Source: an uncultured Melioribacter sp.
GTDB taxonomy: Bacteria > Bacteroidota > Ignavibacteria > Kapaibacteriales > Kapaibacteriaceae
Reading direction: 5' to 3'
NCBI GenBank assembly: GCA_964393485.1
Contig: CAYMTW010000004.1
Location: forward strand, 1,863 to 65,862
Length of the DNA stretch: 64,000 nt
The notes below the pieces were generated by a model. It was not told the DNA's origin, did not search any database, and saw only the letters and a program-made list of their open reading frames with translations. Positions 59,898-64,000 of this stretch are shown here, in pieces. Made by a program: the position numbers and the translations under genes. Position 1 is the stretch's first letter. The number at the start of each line of letters is the position of its first letter.

Positions 59898-61040
59898 TCA
59901 GGAGCGCGTGCGGGCCTGCAGAAACGTCGTGCGAAGCTCCATCATCATCGTCAGCAGGACGATTTGTGGGGGCACGAACCGTTCGATCTCGGCAGAGGCG
60001 CGCTCGATCGAGCGATAGGCCAGATCGAAGTTGGCTGCGGCAAACGAAGCTGCAAATCGTTCAAGGGGCTCTCGCTGGTCCACATTCAGGATGGAGACCG
60101 CAGTGCCACCCATGGTAATGGCATAGGCATCGCGCAGCCAGAGAAGCAGCGCATTGCAGACCGCCTGGCAGCGCGCACGGTCGCGTGTTGCGGCGATCGC
60201 AGCTACGGCGGCCACCAGAGCCGGACGCATTTCCTTGCCACGCAGGGCCGTGCGAAGAAGGTCCACACCGCCGTCGCGAATGCTTCGCACATCATCCGAC
60301 AGGTATGCCTCGGCGGCGCAATAGTCACCCTGGGAAAGCGAGGCCGCGATCTGCGCTTCTGTGTGGTCGTGATTGCCGCGCACGACCAGGGCTTCGACGA
60401 TCGTTGATTCATCCAGCGCCGGGACCGTTATGACCTGACAGCGTGAGATGATCGTCGGGAGTAGTCGATCCCGCCGCGCGGTTGTCATGATGATCGTCGT
60501 GTCAGCGTGGGGTTCTTCGAGAGTTTTCAGAAACGCATTGGCCGTGCTGACGTTCATGTCATCGGCATTGGCCACGATAGCCACTCGGCGTCCCTGCTGG
60601 ATCATCGACAGAGACAGCTGGCGGTTGAGTTCGCGGATCTGCACCGCGCGTATCTCATTCGCCCCTTCCATTCTTGTCGGGGCGTAGGGATTGCGTCCCA
60701 ACTCGCGGGCAAGGTCATAGAGTCCGTCGATCCATTCCTTGCGCAGCTCCTCAGCCCCGTCAAGCTTACCCGTCGGTATGGCCGAGACCAGCAGGATATT
60801 GGGGTGTTGCATTGTTCGGGCCTGCGTGCAGGACTGGCAATGGCCGCAGGGGGCGATCGACTCTGCCTCGATCAGCGGCGCCTGGCAATTGACCGTGCGC
60901 GCAAACTCCAGGGCAAGCGCCATCGTTCCGAAGCCGTCGTTTCCGCACATCAGCATCGCCTGCGGAATGCGGCCCTGCACGATGCAGCGCTGCAGTATCT
61001 GCTCTACCGACGACTGGCCGATGACGCTACTCCAATGCAT
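59898..61040 (-). CDS. holB: DNA polymerase III delta-prime subunit
   Basis: WSSVIGQ, PCGHCQSC, HPNI, ANAFLKTLEEP, LLPTIISRCQ. Start refined to 61040. Confidence 0.92.
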   Translation of the reverse strand: MHWSSVIGQSSVEQILQRCIVQGRIPQAMLMCGNDGFGTMALALEFARTVNCQAPLIEAESIAPCGHCQSCTQARTMQHPNILLVSAIPTGKLDGAEELRKEWIDGLYDLARELGRNPYAPTRMEGANEIRAVQIRELNRQLSLSMIQQGRRVAIVANADDMNVSTANAFLKTLEEPHADTTIIMTTARRDRLLPTIISRCQVITVPALDESTIVEALVVRGNHDHTEAQIAASLSQGDYCAAEAYLSDDVRSIRDGGVDLLRTALRGKEMRPALVAAVAAIAATRDRARCQAVCNALLLWLRDAYAITMGGTAVSILNVDQREPLERFAASFAAANFDLAYRSIERASAEIERFVPPQIVLLTMMMELRTTFLQARTRS

Positions 61041-61074
61041 GGCGGCGAAGATACGCCGCGTCGTATTTTGCCGC

Positions 61075-61776
61075 ATGAGGATTCTGGTGATCGAAGATGA
61101 GCGCAAGGTGGCAAGCTTCATCCGGCGCGGACTCGAAGAGGAACGCTACATCGTTGAGACGGCTGCTGATGGGCAGGCCGGGCTGGACCTTGCTCTGAAC
61201 AATGTGTTCGATGCGATTGTCCTGGACGTGATGCTGCCCAGGCTTGACGGGTATTCCGTGCTGCGGGCCATCCGTGAAGAGGGGCTGGCCGTACCGGTGA
61301 TCATGCTCACAGCGCGCGGCACTACGGAGGACCGCGTGCAGGGACTCGATCTTGGGGCCGATGATTATCTGGCCAAGCCATTCCACTTTGAAGAACTCGC
61401 AGCGCGGCTGCGCTCGATCCTGCGCCGCTCGTCAACCGAGAAGTCCACCAAGCTACAGTGTGCCGATCTGACGCTTGATCTGGTAACGCACTATGCCTTT
61501 CGGGCGGAGAAGGAGATCGAGCTCACCACCAAGGAGTACGCTCTGCTCGAGTACATGATGCGCAATAAGGACCGGATCCTGTCGCGCTCGATGATCATGC
61601 AGCACGTCTGGAAGCACGATTTCGATCCCGAGTCAAACATCATCGACGTCTACGTCAAACGCGTCCGGCAGAAGATCGAACGTCCCGGACAGTCACAATT
61701 GATCCACAGCATCCGGGGCGTGGGCTACCGCATGCGTGAAAGCGGTTCTGCCGAACCCTTATCCGATGAAGAATGA
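61075..61776 (+). CDS. OmpR/PhoB-family response regulator (CusR/CzcR-like), orphan in this window
   Basis: MRILVIEDE, LDVMLP, LTA, GADDYLAKPF, winged helix (LTTKEYALL, NIIDVYV, IRGVGY). Confidence 0.93.
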   Translation: MRILVIEDERKVASFIRRGLEEERYIVETAADGQAGLDLALNNVFDAIVLDVMLPRLDGYSVLRAIREEGLAVPVIMLTARGTTEDRVQGLDLGADDYLAKPFHFEELAARLRSILRRSSTEKSTKLQCADLTLDLVTHYAFRAEKEIELTTKEYALLEYMMRNKDRILSRSMIMQHVWKHDFDPESNIIDVYVKRVRQKIERPGQSQLIHSIRGVGYRMRESGSAEPLSDEE

Positions 61777-62098
61777 CAATCTGCACCCACTGTGCACCGA
61801 GCTTCAGGCCGTTGTAACGTCAAACGTCGGCCCTATCCAGAACGCCTTTGACGCCTACCAGAACGCCTGCTTTATTGCGCGTCCGGCCGAGTTCTTCTGC
61901 CTCGAACTCTGCGGCGAAGCCGGTGAGCTTGCCAACCTCGAAAAGAAACTCTGGAAAGGGGCTGACATTGCCGCCCACCGCATCGAAGATGAAGCCGCCG
62001 ATGTCTTCATCTCACTTATGAACTACGCTAACGCCCGGGGCATCGACCTCGCCGCCGCCGTTACCGATAAGCTGTCGCGGATAATCACCAGTAAGTGA
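61766..62098 (+). CDS. MazG-like all-alpha NTP pyrophosphohydrolase
   Basis: GEAGELAN and EDEAADV acidic motifs, GIDL. Confidence 0.82.
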   Translation: MKNDNLHPLCTELQAVVTSNVGPIQNAFDAYQNACFIARPAEFFCLELCGEAGELANLEKKLWKGADIAAHRIEDEAADVFISLMNYANARGIDLAAAVTDKLSRIITSK

Positions 62099-62111
62099 CA
62101 ATCGATCAATG

Positions 62112-62135
62112 GTAGCCCACGGCTTCAGCCGTGGG
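62112..62135 (+). repeat. REP-like palindrome GTAG-CCCACGGC-TTCA-GCCGTGGG
   Basis: GTAG tetranucleotide followed by a perfect 8-bp stem with a 4-nt loop, between convergent genes. Confidence 0.65.
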
Positions 62136-62164
62136 AAACGTGCTCGTGCCCCTTGTCAAAACAG

Positions 62165-62196
62165 AAAAACGGCACCGATCAGAGACCGGTGCCGTT
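62165..62196 (-). terminator. Intrinsic terminator of rpmG
   Basis: AACGGCACCG (62168-77) pairs with CGGTGCCGTT (62187-96); U-tract on the minus strand. Confidence 0.75.
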
Positions 62197-62251
62197 GTGG
62201 TGGACGAGATGTAGCCGACGACGCGCGCGCTAGGATCAGCGCAGCGACGTG

Positions 62252-62431
62252 TTAGCGGATTTCGCGGTGAACCGTGTGGCGACGCAGGAACGGATTGTAC
62301 TTCTTCAGTTCAAGACGTTCAGTGGTGTTCTGCTTGTTCTTCATTGTGGTGTAGCGAGAGGCCGGCTTGCCTTCCTTCTTCGCTTCGGTGCATTCGAGCG
62401 TAATGATTACGCGAGCGCCCTTCTTTGCCAT
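62252..62431 (-). CDS. rpmG: 50S ribosomal protein L33 (Zn-independent type)
   Basis: Hand translation gives [59 protein letters not shown] (59 aa, absent from the ORF track). SD AAGGAG upstream. Confidence 0.96.
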   Translation of the reverse strand: MAKKGARVIITLECTEAKKEGKPASRYTTMKNKQNTTERLELKKYNPFLRRHTVHREIR

Positions 62432-62507
62432 TGTGGTTCTCCTTGTGGTTTTTGCACCCTCACGGGTGAGGTGCGTCTAAACCGTTGATTGACATGAGTA
62501 TAGACGA

Positions 62508-62539
62508 CGAAACTACGGCGACGGTGGGGAAAATCCAAA
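62508..62539 (-). promoter_or_regulatory. Candidate rpmG promoter TTTG-N20-TAGTTTCG
   Basis: Minus strand -33 TTTG (62539-36) and -7 variant (62515-08) at Bacteroidota-like spacing. Confidence 0.45.
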
Positions 62540-62555
62540 CACTGAAGGGCCGTGG

Positions 62556-64000
62556 TTAGCGTGTTTTGCGCCCCTTTGTTGATTGCTTGCCAGCCGAATT
62601 CGCTGTAGATGCATCAGCAAAAGCCACGCGTACGGCCTCGTCGGCATGGGAAATGTAGACGATGGTAAGATCGTTGGTGACCTCGGCTTGCAGCTCCTGT
62701 ACGTCCTTGCGGTTGTCCTCGGGAACCAACACCGTGGTCATACCGGCGCGCTTGGCCGCCAGCAGCTTCTCGTTCAATCCGCCGATCGGCAGCACATTTC
62801 CGCGAAGCGTCACCTCGCCCGTCATGGCAACGTCTCCTCGTAAGGGGCGACCCGTTGCGGCCGAGAGAAGAGCCATGGTCATGGTGATGCCGGCAGACGG
62901 TCCGTCCTTCGGGATAGCTCCCTCGGGAACGTGTACGTGAATCTGACGGTCCTTGGCAAACATCTCATCAAGGTCGAATTGCTTGTGATTGCTGCGCAGG
63001 TAGGACAGCGCAGCCATAGCCGATTCCTTCATCACCTCGCCAAGTTTTCCTGTGAGCGTGAGCCGTTCGGTGCCTGGCATGATGTTGACCTCGACCGGGA
63101 GCGTGTCACCACCCATCGACGTCCAGGCAAGCCCCATTGCAACTCCAACCTTGTTGCTGAGTTCTTCGGGCTTGGACTTGAACTTCGGTGCCTTGAGCAT
63201 GGACTCGACCGATTTTTCGTCGATCACCCACTTCTTGGTCCGCGTGACGCTTTTGAATGTTTTGCTTGAGCGCATGTCACCCGTCAGGGGACCTGTGGAC
63301 TTCTTGCCGACCATGTCAACGATTTCCATGGCCAGCTTTCGTAGGATACTGGCGATCTCGCGCTCAAGGTTGCGCACGCCGGCCTCGCGCGTGTATTCGC
63401 GCACAAGCTTCAGCAGGGCAGCATCGGTAAAGGTGATGGTGAGCCCTCCCAGACCGTGCTTTTCGAGTAGCTTCGGAATGATGTACTGCTTTGCAATCTG
63501 TACCTTGTCGTGTTCGAGATAGCTTGACAGCTCGATCACTTCAAGCCGGTCGAGCAGGGGAGCAGGGATGTCGTACTTGACGTTGGCGGTGGCAATGAAG
63601 AGTACGTTCGACAGGTCGTAGTCAACTTCGAGATAGTGATCGCTGAAGGTAGCGTTCTGCTCGGGGTCCAGCACTTCCAGGAGAGCCGCACTTGGGTCAC
63701 CGCGGAAGTCCATCGACATCTTGTCGATCTCATCAAGAAGGATCACTGGGTTGTTGCTTCCGGAACGCTTCATCGACTGGATGATCTTGCCCGGCATGGC
63801 ACCGATGTATGTGCGACGATGTCCGCGGATCTCTGCCTCGTCGCGCACGCCCCCTAAGGAGAGCCGCACGAAGTTGCGTCCCAGTGCGCGGGCGATGGAC
63901 TTCGCAAGGGACGTCTTGCCCACGCCCGGAGGTCCCACTAGACAGAGGATCTGGCCGCGCACGGCGCCCACAAGATTGAGCACCGAGATGTATTCGAGAA
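62556..64000 (-). CDS. lon: ATP-dependent Lon protease, 3' part (5' end beyond the window)
   Basis: [28 protein letters not shown], catalytic PKDGPSAG Ser and GGLNEK Lys. The frame is open to the edge. Confidence 0.97.
   Translation of the reverse strand, partial: LEYISVLNLVGAVRGQILCLVGPPGVGKTSLAKSIARALGRNFVRLSLGGVRDEAEIRGHRRTYIGAMPGKIIQSMKRSGSNNPVILLDEIDKMSMDFRGDPSAALLEVLDPEQNATFSDHYLEVDYDLSNVLFIATANVKYDIPAPLLDRLEVIELSSYLEHDKVQIAKQYIIPKLLEKHGLGGLTITFTDAALLKLVREYTREAGVRNLEREIASILRKLAMEIVDMVGKKSTGPLTGDMRSSKTFKSVTRTKKWVIDEKSVESMLKAPKFKSKPEELSNKVGVAMGLAWTSMGGDTLPVEVNIMPGTERLTLTGKLGEVMKESAMAALSYLRSNHKQFDLDEMFAKDRQIHVHVPEGAIPKDGPSAGITMTMALLSAATGRPLRGDVAMTGEVTLRGNVLPIGGLNEKLLAAKRAGMTTVLVPEDNRKDVQELQAEVTNDLTIVYISHADEAVRVAFADASTANSAGKQSTKGRKTR

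Noticed and set aside
60739-61121. Apparent overlap of holB and response regulator ORFs
   Set aside because: Artefact of longest-ORF calling; the conserved N-termini begin at 61040 and 61075.
53500-61700. Apparent higher-GC block suggesting horizontal transfer or chimeric assembly
   Set aside because: Spot counts of single 60-nt lines were 60-68% GC here, but an aspS line was also 65%. The block holds core genes (uvrC, holB) and has no mobility marks. A sliding-window GC3 analysis would be needed.
62452-62474. Hairpin GCAC-CTCA-loop-TGAG-GTGC upstream of rpmG as a cis-regulatory RNA
   Set aside because: A short single stem with no recognisable riboswitch or leader motif; support is too weak.
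62249-62488. 79-aa plus-strand ORF
   Set aside because: Antisense to the real rpmG gene (62252-62431).
1-64000. CRISPR array, prophage, transposase or defence island
   Set aside because: No regularly spaced repeats, and no phage, IS or cas-like proteins were recognised.

Overview
This is an almost fully coding, mostly housekeeping chromosomal segment. I found no prophage, integrase, transposase or CRISPR array. The source is probably an FCB-group bacterium, plausibly Ca. Kapabacteria or another Ignavibacteria/Chlorobi relative. That placement is inferred from a T9SS C-terminal sorting domain, Bacteroidota-type TAnnTTTG promoter elements and a fused 2-oxoacid dehydrogenase E1. Recognisable genes: rluD (partial), mtgA, Lrp regulator plus type III glutamine synthetase, topA, fur, speA, a PorE-like OmpA protein, a T9SS cargo protein, rqcH, ribD, two PNP paralogues, yicC-gmk, fused and split E1 genes, LPS glycosyltransferases, aspS, tyrS, smpB, tRNA-Ser(GCT), mutS, hslO, pta, trhO, ugd, uvrC, holB, rpmG and lon (partial). 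The strongest candidate for an undescribed system is a tightly coupled envelope operon (44993-51835): giant TPR protein, apparently plug-less beta-barrel with a TonB-box-like N-terminus, SPOR protein, TonB-C protein and a small membrane protein. Other leads: (1) a divergent RavA/ViaA-like MoxR-VWA pair; (2) a Thermotoga-type maltosyltransferase homologue with Asn at the third catalytic position; (3) promoter elements 3-6 nt from start codons, suggesting leaderless mRNAs; (4) a heptamer repeat that builds the in-frame smpB stop/tyrS start junction; (5) swapped Mg ligands in the ThDP motifs of neighbouring E1 enzymes. All family calls rest on motif recognition by eye. No database search was run.
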